From: Lytechinus pictus
Lineage: Eukaryota
Direction: 5' to 3'
NCBI RefSeq assembly: GCF_037042905.1
Contig: NC_087251.1
Location: 2,172,001-2,236,000, forward strand
Length of the DNA stretch: 64,000 bases
Shown: positions 24,561 through 38,330 of the stretch, piece by piece
Layout of the letters: each line of letters begins with the position of its first letter
Numbering within the stretch: the first letter of the stretch is position 1
The notes under the pieces: model-generated
What the model was told of the DNA's origin: nothing
The model's input: only the letters and a program-made list of their open reading frames with translations
Databases searched by the model: none
Made by a program: the position numbers and the translations under genes

Positions 24561-25698
24561 CAGTTTTTTCTTGTTGTTGAACGATCGATCTCTTGGTGTC
24601 TTGCGAGCACTCGCAGTCGTTGTAGACGATCGCACAAACTCGAGGTGGTCGGAGGTGATCGTGACTGGTCGCATCTGAACTTTGAACATGTTCAAAATCC
24701 AAACGCGATCAAATACGATTGAGTCACTCGCAACAGGTCGTACCATCGGTCGGGCGATCATCGTGTGAGTGCATGTTGTTCAACGTTGTACGACTTGGTG
24801 CGAGAGGTGGCACAACTAAGTATAGTCGCATTTAGTCGACTGGAGGTCGACTGGAGGTCGTGCTGGAGACCTGCAGAGACCAGTCTTGCGACTGGGTGCG
24901 ATAATATGAGACTGTTGCAAGACCGATCGAAATTACGGCTTACTACATTCCACTACCGTTGCATTCGCATGTATGCCACCGTTCAGCCCCTTTCACAATT
25001 GACGTCCGACCAGTTTACGACCGCCTGCAACAGTTTTTTGTTGTTGTTGCACGATCGATCTCTTGGTGTCTTGCGAGCACTCGCAGTCGTTGTAGATGGT
25101 CGCACGAACTCGAGGTGGTCGTGACTGGTCACATCTGAACTTTGAACATGTTCAAAATCCGAACGCGATCAAATACGATCGATTCACTCGCATCAGGCCG
25201 TACCCGGGGTCGTACCATCGGTCGGGCGATCATCGTGCGAGTGTTGTTCAACGCTGTACGACTTGGTGCGAGAGGTGGCACAACTAAGTAGTCGCATTTA
25301 CTTGACTGGAGGTCGTGCAACACTTGCACATGTGCAAGCGACCTACGTGTACAGAGACCTGTCTTGCGACTGGTTGCGATAATAATATGGGCCATAAGAC
25401 TGTTGCAAGACCGATCGCAACGGCTTACAACATTGAACTACCGCTTCATTCGCATGTATGCGACCGTTCCACTCGCAATCCTTCGTGCAACACTCGCATG
25501 TGATCGCACGAGCACAATAAGAGCATATGCGACTTACTCGTGCAACGGGGTTTACTGGTTGTTTTTGTTGTACGACAGCTGTTGCAACTGTGAAAGCCTC
25601 TGTGCGATCTTATGAGATGACTAGCGATTGATGCCTGTTGCAGCCTGTCGCACGACCAAAAGGTCGCAAATGGTCGTACGTCAATTGTGAAAGGGGCT
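24561..25698 (-). mobile_element. Inverted copy of the composite element 20524-21708
   Basis: Reverse-complement match including the same internal junction (GTTC|AGCCCCTTTCAC at 24985); ends with TIR 25682-25698|TTA. Confidence 0.9.
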
Positions 25699-27516
25699 TT
25701 AATGTGTGCGGTGGCCTTTATAGGTACCGTCTGGTATATTATTCTTATTCTGAAAAGAGCAAACATCGTTGTGGAACTACTGATGTTTGCATTAACTTTC
25801 CCATTATAGGCTATAGCCATTAGGTAATTTGATATTTCATAGAGTTAATAAATACATGAGAGAGAGACAGCACAATAACCCGACACATTTTAGCAATTAG
25901 TACTTTGCTGTTATATCAATCCAGGACACGAACAATGAAGCTACTTCAATGGCAATGGAGCAATTATCAGGTCGTGACGGTTATACCATATGATATTTTA
26001 CACTATAGGCCTAATGATTGGTTAGCTATAGTATCACGTGATAACTCAGGAAATATTCATGGGCATACATGGATAATTCATTAGCGCGCATTGTATTTCG
26101 GAAGTAAAGATCACGTCACTTATTGATTAAAATAATTCATTGAATTTTTTCTCGGGAAAATGTGCCCCCCCCCCCTGGAAAATTATGGATCCGTCCCTGC
26201 TGTTAGGGTTAGTGTTGTTTAACTCTGACAAGTTATATATGAGTTTAAAGCTTAGGATGTGCTTTTCCAAGTTCAATGAAAATCTCAAAATTCATTTTGG
26301 GCGACTTATTGTTGGTTTTGGGTGGCTGGTCACATGTATTCATTATACTAGTCATATTGCTTCCACAGCTCAGATCACGCATAGATCCCTGAGACACATT
26401 TATAAAAAAAAAAAAAAAAACAGAAAGAAATAAAGAACCTAAATGTAGGACTGTACGATTAACTGCCTTACCATTTGTCGTCCAAGTACTAAATGAAAAT
26501 GGACTGTGTTGGTTCGGCGTGCATGCTAACGTGAATTAAATTATCATAATCCGTTATCATCCGATTTACTTATACAATGTCATGCTCAAATCACTTTTTA
26601 AAATCTTTATCTATTACTATTTGCATGTAGTCCTTAAACGAACTTGACAGTTTCAGAATAATTTTAATTTCGCTTTAATTACTGACCAATTTATCTATGT
26701 ATGTGTGTATGCATCTATGTATTCTATCTATTATGTATTCTATCTATGTATGTATATCTCTATATTCTATATATTTATCTATCTATCTGTCAACTGGGGT
26801 TAATTGAACACCGTATCTTTTTAGCAAATTTTTTTATTAGTGAAAAGCAAACTGACATTACTTTCCTGTTTCACTTGAATTCGTACGATTTAAAAAATAA
26901 GTCGCGATTCCAATACCAAAAAAGATTTTGTATTTTGGGTTTCCAGAAAGCGTTTCAATATTTAAAAAAGCCATTTTAAAAGTGACATTAAATGCCTCAT
27001 TATCATCAGGTCATGTCATGAGTGACATGAGTTCAAAAACCTTACATTCAACATTGTCAATTTATTTCAACGAACTTTCAAATAAGTGATTTAAAAATTA
27101 TGAAAGTCCCGTGGATGTTTGAAAGAGCTCAATCAGATCCACAGAGAGAGGGGAGAATCATGTTTGTTTGAAAATAACAGATACCAAGAAAAGCAGAGAA
27201 TCGGAGACAATATTGGACATTTTTAGAAAAAATAAGAACATTGATAATTTTACAGGGAGCTAAAGATTTACTACATCGGCTTCAATTAGGTCGTAAACAA
27301 AAATGAGGAGAGGAAGCGAGAGAGAGAGAGAGACAGAGGGGGGGGGGGTGGGGTGAAATGAGTTTGGATGGTAATAGTTTAATCACGATAATGCAGCAAT
27401 TTCCAATAGTCCAGTTTGCCGAATATTTATAGATCGAATGTAACCTATTTGAGCATTATGGGTCATACTGTGTGTGCGCCCTTGAGTATTTCAGAAAAAA
27501 AATCATTACTTGCACA

Positions 27517-27794
27517 GTGGGTGCAAGTGGGGTCTAGTGGTTCTGACTCTTGCCTTTGAAACATAGGGTCGTGGGTTCGAATCGTAGCCATGGCGTGTTT
27601 TCCTTCAGCAAGAAATTCATCGACACTGTGCTGCACTCGACCCAGGTGAGGTGAATGGGTACCCGGCAGGAATAATTCCTTGAATGCACTGAGCACCGGT
27701 GATGGTAGCTCGAGCTAAAGCCGGGGTAATAATAGCAGCGCTTTGTATCCTCTGGCAAAAAGCGATTTATAAATCCAGCTACAATTATTATTAT
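27517..27794 (+). mobile_element. tRNA-derived SINE with L2-like tail
   Basis: Same head and body as the 11289 copy (GGTCTAGTGG...GGTTCGAATC...GCTGCACTCGACCCAGGTGAGG) but a different 3' tail. Confidence 0.85.
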
Positions 27795-28611
27795 TTCCAT
27801 AAATGATTCAAGAAAGAAAGTTGATATTATCCATTGCAAACATTACGACTTTCCCTATTTTATGGAGATTGCGCCATTTCGGCATTTTCATATTACATTA
27901 TCCAATATCCATAATGGGTGAAAAGAGAAAATTAAGTAAGATTGGTTAACAAAATATCTTTATTAAACAATGAGCCATTATTTTGGGCGACATTTGAGCG
28001 CCTTTCTGACTGGTATTTGTACAGAAATCATTTCCATTCCAGTTTTCCTTTCTACATTAAAATTACTTCGAAAAAAAAAAGGCACATTAATCCAAATGGT
28101 CTATTCTGGGTTTGACGCCAAGAAATGATGCTTCATCGAATAAAATTAAATTAAAACCATTTCATCTTTGTATGGATTATGGCAGTGGACAAAGCTTCGA
28201 TGCAAACAAAATAATGCTCACCATTATGATCAGGCAGGCGTGACACGGTGTTGCGTTAATTAAACGAAGAAGATGAGGAATGGCTGGAGAACCGCGTCAT
28301 TTCATTATCATCATTATCAGACGAGCGCTGGGCAAGTTAAACACGGTCGCAATTTTGTTAACAATGTAGTTAGTGGTGATTGCGAGACGACACCCAATGA
28401 TTGTACACCTGCAACCTAGAGTAAAGGAACATTTCAAGCAACTGTATTCGACGATTTAAGTAGATGGAAAAGGAGAGTCAGAGGATAAGAAATCGAAAAA
28501 CTATTTAATTTCTTTTATTGACTCCATGGAGCCAATAAAATTGTGTGAAAATATTCTCGCAGAATGATGCTATTTCTTGAATGATCTTTGCTAATGTGAA
28601 ACGAACTTAAA

Positions 28612-28672
28612 ATGTTTTCGTTAAAGATAATGAATCCGCACTCTGTCATCTTTATGGTCACTATGCTGCTTG
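28612..28672 (+). CDS. Candidate first (signal-peptide) exon of the SRCR mosaic gene
   Basis: MFSLKIMNPHSVIFMVTMLL followed by a strong donor G|GTAAGT; phase 1, compatible with exon 43054. The link is inferred only. Confidence 0.35.
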
Positions 28673-29029
28673 GTAAGTAAATCAGAATATTGCTTTGTCT
28701 CTGGTTACCAGGGTAGCAAAAATTAATCAATTTGGGGGCACCACCATATCAAATGCTATTTGTAATGCACCGTAATTAAAAAAAAGATGCTCATGGCGCG
28801 GTAAGAAAAGAAGAAAATTAATGGAAACCTAATTGAAAAGGGTAAAGAATACACGTATTAAATTAAAAGCTTGCAATGCGTAAATAACAAGATATTCAGT
28901 ATTTTTGTTTAAAGTGATGCGACTCGGAATATTGCGGATATCTTTTGGAAGCCAAGCATATACTCTTAGAAGAGTCGTTAATGGTGGTTCTCTCGTCTTG
29001 TAATCAGAGGGTAAAGTGTATACGAATAC

Positions 29030-29445
29030 ACTATCTAGCATTCTTTTGCGAGGAGTTAATCAACACTTTGTCACTCTCCACACAGGTGATAAATGGGTAC
29101 CGAGTATTGTAGCTTGTCCAGTATTGTGCGCGCCTCATTGGCGACTGAACTGAATGCTCCCCTGGGAGTGGAGGATGTGCATACATTGTGTGGGGGATGA
29201 CTGATTGAATCCGATGACCAGGGTTATAATAAATATCTAAGCTCTTATGTACAATGTATGTCTTGGGCGCATTATAGGTAGCCAGATTTATTATTATTAT
29301 TATTATTATTATCATTATTATTATTATTATTGTTGTTGTTGTTGTTATTATTATTATCATTATTATTATTATTATTATTATCATTATTATTATTATTATT
29401 ACTACTATTATTATCATCAACATCATTATTATTATTATCATTAGA
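29030..29445 (+). mobile_element. Degenerate SINE body and tail followed by (TAT)n
   Basis: CCACACAGGTGATAAATGGGTACC resembles the SINE central domain; GGGTTATAATA motif, L2-like tail, long TAT tract at about 29288-29441. Confidence 0.55.
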
Positions 29446-32400
29446 TAGATAGATAGATTGTTTAAATCTAGATGGATGGATGGAGAGATAAAATGCTCTT
29501 GAATAAAATTCACCTGTGTCTAGAATAAAGTTCGTTGCGCTGTGTGAGCCTACAATCTTAGCTAAATGAACTTGGGTAAGAGATTTCACTTTTTAGCTTC
29601 AATTTATTTTCTTCATGTGATTTTAGTTCTGTGTCATTATAAAATCAAAACAGTTTCACTTTACTGTCTAAACTGAATTCTTTTGAATGTATAAAATTAT
29701 GTAAATCAAATTCTGACAAATTAAATTACATTATCATGATATACGATCTCAATAATTGAAGATAGAAAGGGACGTATTAGATTGTGTGATAATTATTTTA
29801 CGAATTTCAATTTACGCCTGCATGGTCAAGCAAAGTCTAAATAAAACGAATGTTATTTCAGATGGAGGACATGAAAAAAGCACGGGAGAACAGATGCTCT
29901 TTCGGTAAAAAATTCCCAGCGCCGATTCTTTTGTCCTTCGTGATACGAGTGGTTGATTTAATAATTCAAGATATTGAAAACATTATGCATTCTCGATTCA
30001 ATACGATTTTCTTATAGTTTTTAATTATGATAATCCATACACTTTTTATTACAATTTCCATTTCATAAACATTTCGCTCGCAAATGTTAGGCCATTATGA
30101 CTCGGTCACAAATACCATAAAAACCTGCTACAAACGCCATACGAATGATTTTTTAGACCATTTCATAAGATCTTTCTGCAGGAAGGCCGTATGAAACCAG
30201 TGTTCGTGGACCATTCGTAACGGTTCGTATAAGTTTGCAGCTTGGTCGATGGTTTTGTCCAAGTTTTTTTTACGTCGCACAAAACCCTCTCTTCGTAAGG
30301 CGGCCTCACGACCGTCATAAGAACATCATGAGAACCACGCAAGATTTTGTATTACCGAAAATTATCAAATTTCTCAAGAAGGTCTTAGGCTGTTCTTAAG
30401 AATCCCGTAAGAATCTATGCCCATCCAGGAATCTCTACGAAATCCAGAATTGTTACGCACACGAACGTCTCGTTCGTAACAACTTTAATTCAATTCAATT
30501 CAATTTATTTTCCACATATTGAGTAAAAAAAACATACAATATCAGTACAATCAAATACATACATAGATATCAACAATACAAGTATAAATAGTTACAATAT
30601 ATTACATAAAAAAGACATAGAAGATCAAAATGTGGAGGGGATTGACAAAGGCCATATTGATCTATCAAGGTCAATCCCCAACAGAAAAACAGTGGAATAC
30701 ATAAATTACATATGAAAAAAAAAAAACTTGACCTCAAAACCCCAGACAAAGCAAAAGAAAGTAAAAGACGAATAAAGGGGAGGGAGAGGCAAATATAAAA
30801 TTACCTTAAGGAGTAAGAAGGGATAATTTATATTTTCGTTTGAAAGACAGGAGTGTTGGGGAAAGCTATGACCATAGCTTTACCATGTTTACGTAAACTT
30901 TTTTTCGTATTATATAGAAAATAAGCGAAAATCTAGCCTCTTGTCGAGGCCCTGGCGGCTGCTTCCCGAGCGAAGCGAGGGATTTCCTAATTCGCGAATA
31001 TAACTCTTTGTGAAATTAAGCGAAACTTCAAGATGTCATAACTTTTTTATTTTATATCCGATTTGGATGGAATTTTCAGTGGTATGCTTGTTGGATTTTT
31101 CTCTTTTTATTCGAATCAACTTTTGTTGGGATGGACTTGTCCTTTCAAAAAAGAGAAATAGATTTTTCAATCTAAGAGGTAATTTTGGTCTGAAATTTTG
31201 ATCCAGATTTTGTTGTAATAATTCTGTCAATCAGAAGCATGTGTTCTGTAAATCTAATAGGCATAATTTTACGTTGTCAGTTTTTAACAATTACCAGCTT
31301 TAAATATTTTTTTACCTTATTGGAAAAAATGCACTTGCTAACTGTGGATATCTGTCACAAACCTTCTTGCATAGTTCATTTGATTTGATTTTTGCCAAAA
31401 TCCAGATGTCTAATGCTTCAGTGAGCACACAATTTTCGAAAATTATGCAAATGAGAATAATGTTCAAGGCCTTGGCCCCACTCTGTGCCGTATCGAATGA
31501 TTATTTTAGCGTGCGTGCCTTTTGGATAGTGTCACTCTGAAGCCATGTGCGAAGTTTCATTAAAAAAACTGTTATAACAGAAGTAACAAAAACCGTCCAT
31601 GAAACAATCTGCTTATTTCACTTTTGTGGATTTTTTTTTCCTCTCTCATAGACATTGTGTGCACTATATGAGTGCATATGTTTAAGAATATGTAACCCCT
31701 TATTCAATGTGGTGGAATTAAATTCTCAAAACTGTCTTTAGCAATGTCATTTGGCTGTAATGTTTATCAACCTATGGGGAATATTCTGTGCAGAAAATGA
31801 AATCGATTTGTTTATGTATGGATTAGCGAGCATGAATCAAAGGGAGAAAAATGGCATTTTCAATAACACAGACTCATTTTGAGGGGTAATAAAGTGAATA
31901 ATGGGGTAAATTCAGTTTCAAATGTGACTTAATTGCTTTTTTATCATCCATCATTTTTGTCACCACACACTTTGAGCGAGCACACTTGGAAACTTAGGAG
32001 TGAATACTCTTTATATTGCATAATTTTTTTTTCCTAACAATTTCTCAGGATCACTTGAATTATGGACAAATCAGTGGTTAATCCAGAATGTGAAAAATGG
32101 GGAGGGGGCGAGAAATTGGGGAGCCACCAACATTTTCAAATTTTAACTTGTTTTTTTAAGCAATAGAGGATACCAACTTAAACCCCTCTGATGCTCACTC
32201 AACCATTAACATACGTTATCAAAATTTTGTGTGGAGTGGCTTAATGATGAATATCAAAACAGCATTTGCACCAGAAAATTCACCAAAAAGTAACTCTGTA
32301 TTTACAAAATCTGAAAAATGACTCTCGTGACTTTCAAAAATGATAATTTTTAATTCAATCTTTGATTACTCATGCATGATCGCTCAACTGATCAATCTCA

Positions 32401-33379
32401 TCTTTTTTAGGAGTTGCTTAATGAGTGAAGACAATTACCTACAAAATATTATATCTCAAAATGATTCCGTTCAAAAGTTACAGCATTTGGATTTAGGGGG
32501 ACTTAATTTTTTTGTTCTGTATATATTGCTATCAAAACAGAACCATGGCCCAACGCAGTATTTTTCGGAGGGGGATATGTAAAATTTTCAAGCGAGTGGG
32601 TCAAGCGACCAATCTGATTACTAGAAGGTGTTTTCTACATTCAAATTGATTTTTTTTCTTTTGAAAATTCCAATAATATAATAGGCTTGATAATTTTTCT
32701 GGTCACCTGCTCCTCTGCCCCCACCCATCCATTGATGTGTTCGACCACGAAAATGGAAGTGGTTATACTGAATATATATTAAATCAGTGTGGTTAGATTA
32801 TGTGGCATCAATGAATTAACATATATATATGAATCAGATTCTTCATCCCTCTAACCCGAATAGGCAGAAAATTTCATTTTACTCCATTATCTCCATCAAA
32901 TATGAAATTAAATTGTATTTAATTTCGCAGCAATTTGGACGGAAATATCAGCTTCAGGGGCATATCCCAAGACTATGTTCTTTTATAGAAAAAAAATCCG
33001 CATCAATGTTGCAGAGGAAAGCGTTCCTGCATAGCCTAATAACGATTAAACAATGTTGGATAATCTCTATAGCAACAGGAAAGCGCGTTGAATAATAGAA
33101 GCACACACTGTTCGAATTATGGGCACTTTAGCAATTAAGATATCACTTTTTATCCATTATTGAACCCATAGAGGATGTCTTAGATAATTGAGGCTTGTGT
33201 GCTTTTTTTTGACGACTCCAATTATATTTCGTTGTTTTTATGTCAATTATAGAGATAGACCTCTAATCGTATGTCACATAAATGACGTCACACTGTAAAT
33301 GAGTCAATTATATTTCATAGCCTAGTCAAGTATGAATTTATTTTATTATCCAATGCAATGATAATACCAATTTACAAGT

Positions 33380-34080
33380 TTACAGACAATCAGTTATGAA
33401 TACATAGAAAAGCAAGGATAATAGGAACCAGATAAAAGCATGAATGCTAGTCAAGTCTGGCCCCTTCTAGTCTAGATAGATAGAAACATGTTTCTTAACT
33501 TGTTAGTTAAGAATGAACAATCGTCAGTCTACTAAATATACTCTGTAATATATATAAACAGTGACTACCTAACAATTTAACAAAATTTAACAGTATTTAC
33601 ATATGAAAGATATCTAGATGATAACAAAAATACCGTATAGATGATAACAAAATTCATTTTCCAATAGATGTTCAACAACAGCTTTACGAAAACTTGATCT
33701 TGATGGTTTCTTTCTGATTTTGATTGGTAGCTCATTCCTAGAATTTGTGCCTACATAAGATAAACACTCTTTTCCCAAGTTTGTCCTAACCTTTGGTACA
33801 TACAGATTATCATATTCCTTTGCCTTGTATTATATCTATGTTGAATTAGTGAACAATATTGTAGCAGTGAATATGGCAAATTTGTATTAATTAGATCATA
33901 CATATATATTATCATCAAATATATTTGCCCTATATGGAAAAATATCATTATACTTCAATTATTAATATTTGATTTTATACCATACATTCATTCTGTGGAA
34001 ATTGGTTGATTTTGATTTCCAGGTAATTCCGTTGCTTTGGTTAAATACCATCATGATACCATCAATACAAGAAAAAATAT
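33380..34080 (-). mobile_element. Degenerate LINE 3' fragment
   Basis: Minus-strand translation MYDLINTNLPYSL...HRYNTRQ resembles CR1/L2-group ORF2 C-termini. Confidence 0.55.
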
Positions 34081-35064
34081 CTAGTGAATTAGAATTCAAA
34101 TTATTGAACATACTTTGTTTGGATCAAATGGTAAAAGGTAAGGTAAAATAACGAAAATGCTCAAAATCAAAACAAAATAGTATGTTACAGAAATAACTTG
34201 CCTATAGCTCATATCAGCATATTCAACATTCTTAACGTTCGAAGATTAGCCTAGAGAGCAAAATGTTTTGGATATACATACAGTCCAAAGAGGTTCAAAT
34301 AATACTTCCGAAGTTATCAAACAATTAAATGTGATGAGCGGCTGCAAATATATTGTTTGCATCTGTTGGTTTAAATTTAGAGATGGGATGAACTAATCAA
34401 TAAAAGAGCAACGAATCCCCAAAATATTATTTTTTCGTTATCATTATTATTGCAATCATTTCAATTAAATTGAGTTTTGTCTATTTGCACAGAAAACGTG
34501 ATTAATGAGAAATATAATGGAAGATATCCAGGATTTTCCAAAGGGGGGGGGGGCACATTTTTCAGCAGGAAAACTTGACCAGAAAAAAAAAGTTTTCAAC
34601 CAAAATCTAAGGTTATTTCGTCCACGGAAAATTTGAAAAGCAAAAAAAAAAGGGTCCTCGCTTTCAAAAGGGGCACACTTGTGTTAGAATGGCCAATTTA
34701 CATTACATATTTTGATTATGCCTCTCAAATTTGAAAAATGTGAAACACGGAGGCACGCCCCCCCCCCCCCCCTGGATTCGCCATTGTCTTCCATTCAATT
34801 ATTAGAAGCAGTTGTGGCAGTGTTTGCCTCATTATTGTTTTTTGCCATCGTAAAATAACATATCTCTATGATATTAGATTGCATTGAATGAATTGAAAGT
34901 GAAAAAAGCGCATACATTCGTAATTCCGACGCTTCGTTATTCCGAAGGTTCGAATATTCCAAAGATTCGTTATTCCGAAGGTTCATAATTCCGAAGGTTC
35001 GTAATTTTGAAGGTTCGTTAGTCCGAAAACGAAATAAGGTTCGTAATTATGAATCTGAAGTATT

Positions 35065-36332
35065 ATGGAATTAAAGGAATATGATTGGATGAAAGCATAT
35101 TTAACAGACAAAAGACAGTTTGTCGTAATGAATAATGTATCAGTGAAAATGTAAAAATTTAGATCAGGCGTCCCACAGAGATCCATATTGGGTCCATTGA
35201 TATTTTTATCAATGATATATTTAACATTAATTTGAATGTCAATTCCAAAATGTGTCTATATGCAGATGATACTGCTCTGTTCTGTCATGATGTATTATCT
35301 AAGGAGGTTTAAAAAAAAAACCTGCAAAGTGATTTTGATGTCATCTGTAACTGGCTCAACTTTAACGGTATGCATTTGCATCCAAACAAGACAAAAGTCA
35401 TGGCATTTGGTGATAGGAAAAGATTGAAAAATGATGCTTTAATGATAAAATATAGAAATGATCCTATAGAAAATGTAAATGATCAAATACTTGGGTGTAA
35501 CACTTGACTCTGGCATGACTTCGAGAGAACATGTATCTAGTATCATTGTTAAAATATCTCGTACGATAGGTTGTATAAAGAGAATCACACAATTCCTTCC
35601 GCCTAGGATACTTAAGAATTTATATTTTGCTATGATTTTACCCTACATTGATTATTGTTGTACATTTTGGGGAAGCTGCGCAAAAATAATAATAATAAGA
35701 TACAAAAACTGCAGAATAAGTATGCCCGAATAATTTTGAATAAGGACTATCTTACTCCCCAACGTGAATTGTTGTATACACTCAAATGACAAACAGTGGA
35801 GGAACGTATTAAATATAAATTTTGTGTTCTTGCTTTCAAAATACAAAATGATTTAGCCCCAGCCTATATGGGGCCATTTATCTGCAAACCTAATGTAACT
35901 TATAAAACACGATATTCTGAACTATGTCCCCTTCAAATACCCTGCCCTAGGACAGATTATAAAAGAAAATCTTTTGAATATGTTGCTGCCGTCGTATTTA
36001 ATTCTCACCCTTGTGATATACAAAAATGCATGTCCCTCCATGCATTAATAAAACACTGTAAATCATTAAAATTCTGACTGTCATACATGTAATTACACTA
36101 AATAACTTGATGTAGATGTAATGATTCCATCACTAATTGTTGATTTCACTCTATATGTATATAATGTATTATGTTTTTACTTTATTATATGTTACATACA
36201 TTGAATTGCTATGATTTTGAGTTATTTGTTAAACTGCAGGGCGCCTTTGGAAAGCAGTTTAACCTAAATGAAGAGGCCTATGTACCCTGCAGTATAAAAT
36301 AAAGAAAACCAATAAATGAATAAATAAATAAA
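35065..36332 (+). mobile_element. 5'-truncated CR1/L2-group LINE (RT pseudogene)
   Basis: RT motifs GVPQRSILGPLIF, YADDT and KYLGVTLDS; C-terminal RIKYKFCVLAFK; frameshifts; (TAAA)n tail. Confidence 0.85.
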
Positions 36333-37169
36333 TCCGAAGGTTCGTTGGTCCGAAAACGAAATGAGGTTCGCAATTCCGAAGGTTCGATAGTCCGAAAACG
36401 AAATAAGGTTCGTAATTCCGAAGGATCATTAGTCCGAAAAGAAAATGAGGTTCGTTATTCCGAAAGTTCGTTAACCCGAAAATGAAACAATCTGTGGCGA
36501 AGACGGTAATTTTCAGTTGTTACGAGGATGGGCAGGCAGGGGCGCCTCCGAACGTATTTTCCCCTTTTAGGGTTGGGCAAAGTCAAAAGGGGCACTTATA
36601 TGTCAAAATGGGTTTTCAACATGAGATTATCATCTGTGTGATGAGGTTGTGTGTTTTGTAGTAATTAAGTTAAGCAAAGCCTTTTTAAAGTGATTTCTGA
36701 TTATATATATATTTTACGCGGTTTGGAAAAAAAATCAAATCTTAAGTTCTAAGACTCCCTTTTTCGTCAATTCTGGGGTTGATTACGCCATACTGTAAAA
36801 AAAGGGCATCCCGCGCGAGATGTTGCGAGCGCTAATCGCAAGCTCAAACTTTTGGACATTTCAATAAGAAATGAAAATTAAACATTCCGAGCAGTTCTCG
36901 TAATCATGAATTAGATGTGTATCTCACCAAAGAATTAATGCGAGCACGAAGCGCGAGCTGAAAACTTATGATATTTCAACCAGAAAACTGGACATTCTAA
37001 GCATTTTTATAATTTTCTAACCTGAAATGTATTACATTGTACTTCAAAAAGAGTATTTAATTTCGAAAAAGGACACATTTTATTTTTTTTTAAACGGCAC
37101 CCTCACTCTTGAAAAAGGGCATTATTTTACCTCTGGGGATTTTTTTTATCATAACCAGCAGAAGCTGTT

Positions 37170-37592
37170 AAAAATGACACCCCTCCCCTAAAAAATCCCT
37201 TATCTTGACGTTATTCACATGTGACCAACACACAGTTCCCAACATTCTTAATCCATTCGTTCTGTCGGGCAGCAATTGCTCAGAGAAAATCAAAATTAAA
37301 ATGTTTGATCCAAGCGCCAGTTCTAGATGCAATACATGCTTTGACCACAACATAGACATGCATAGTCTTCTGTTATAACTATTACTGCACAATATCCTGT
37401 TATTTTTCAATTACAACATTATTACACCCCCAACAATTGAGTCCTTTAAGAAGTCCCTTAAAACTATTTTGTTCTAGGCAACTGCCTTCATTTGATATGT
37501 CCTTCTGATTTTTTTTGTGTATAAATTGTGAGCGCTTTGGGCCATGTGGGAAAAGTGCGTTATAAATATTGAGTATTATTATTATTATTATT
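37170..37592 (+). mobile_element. L2-clade LINE 3' fragment
   Basis: Tail GCGCTTTGGGCCATGTGGGAAAAGTGCGTTATAAAT + (TAT)n, homologous to 7641-7680. Confidence 0.6.
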
Positions 37593-37947
37593 TTGGTTAC
37601 AAAAATAAATTGATTTCATATTTGGAAAAAATGAACCTTATTTCATTTTTGGACTAACGAACCTTCGGATTAACGAACCTTATTTCGTTTTCGGACTTAC
37701 AAAACTTCGGATTAACGAACCTTATTTCGTTTTCGGACTAATGAACCTTCGGATTAACGAACCTTATTTCGTTTTCGGCCTAACGAACCTTATTTCTTTT
37801 TCGGCCTAACGAACCTTATTTCTTTTTCGGCCTAACGAACCTTCGGATTAACGAACCTTATTTAATTTTTGGTCTAATTAACCTTCGGATTAATGAACCT
37901 TATTTCATTTTCGGACTAACAAACCTTCGGATTAACGAACCTTATTT

Positions 37948-38020
37948 CATGGCTGAGTGGTCTAAGGCACCTAACTATACACATGAAAGACCGAGGTTCG
38001 ATCCAAAGCCACGTGACCTA
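37948..38020 (+). pseudogene. Degenerate tRNA-derived fragment (SINE head)
   Basis: A box TGGCTGAGTGG and B box GGTTCGATCC, but no intact cloverleaf. Confidence 0.45.
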
Positions 38021-38330
38021 TGCCCATTATCTCTTTAATCATACATTCACATAAATGAAAATGCTTTTCGCGTTCTTACGATTTTTTTTTCAATTTTTTT
38101 AAATTTAAGTCTTGATACAAATATGTGATGAGGTGCGACGAAATGAGGTACTTGATCATAATTGATACTTGCTCATCATGAATCATGATAACTATCAGTA
38201 TCAGTGTTTACTTCATCATCATCATAAATTACATCACCATATCATCATCGGTATTTTCATCATCATCTTCATCATCATCATCGTCACCGTCATCAGAATC
38301 ATTACATCTTGAAGAAAAAAAAGAAGAGGT

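Larger units (their letters stand above)
34915..37950. repeat. Minisatellite arms (TCCGAAGGTTCGTTAGTCCGAAAACGAAATAAGGTTCG-like) in inverted orientation, with nested insertions
   Basis: Direct arrays at about 34915-35050 and 36333-36480, split by a LINE; reverse-complement array at about 37630-37950. Confidence 0.75.

Noticed and set aside
20591..25823. Many 60-150 aa ORFs in the MITE cluster
   Set aside because: They are overlapping chance ORFs on both strands of repeated GC-richer non-coding DNA, with no recognisable domains.
29862..29904. Small candidate exon (TTTCAG|ATGGAGGAC...TTCG|GTAAAA)
   Set aside because: Weak donor; read after the 28672 exon it ends in phase 2, incompatible with exon 43054; as a start exon it encodes no signal peptide.
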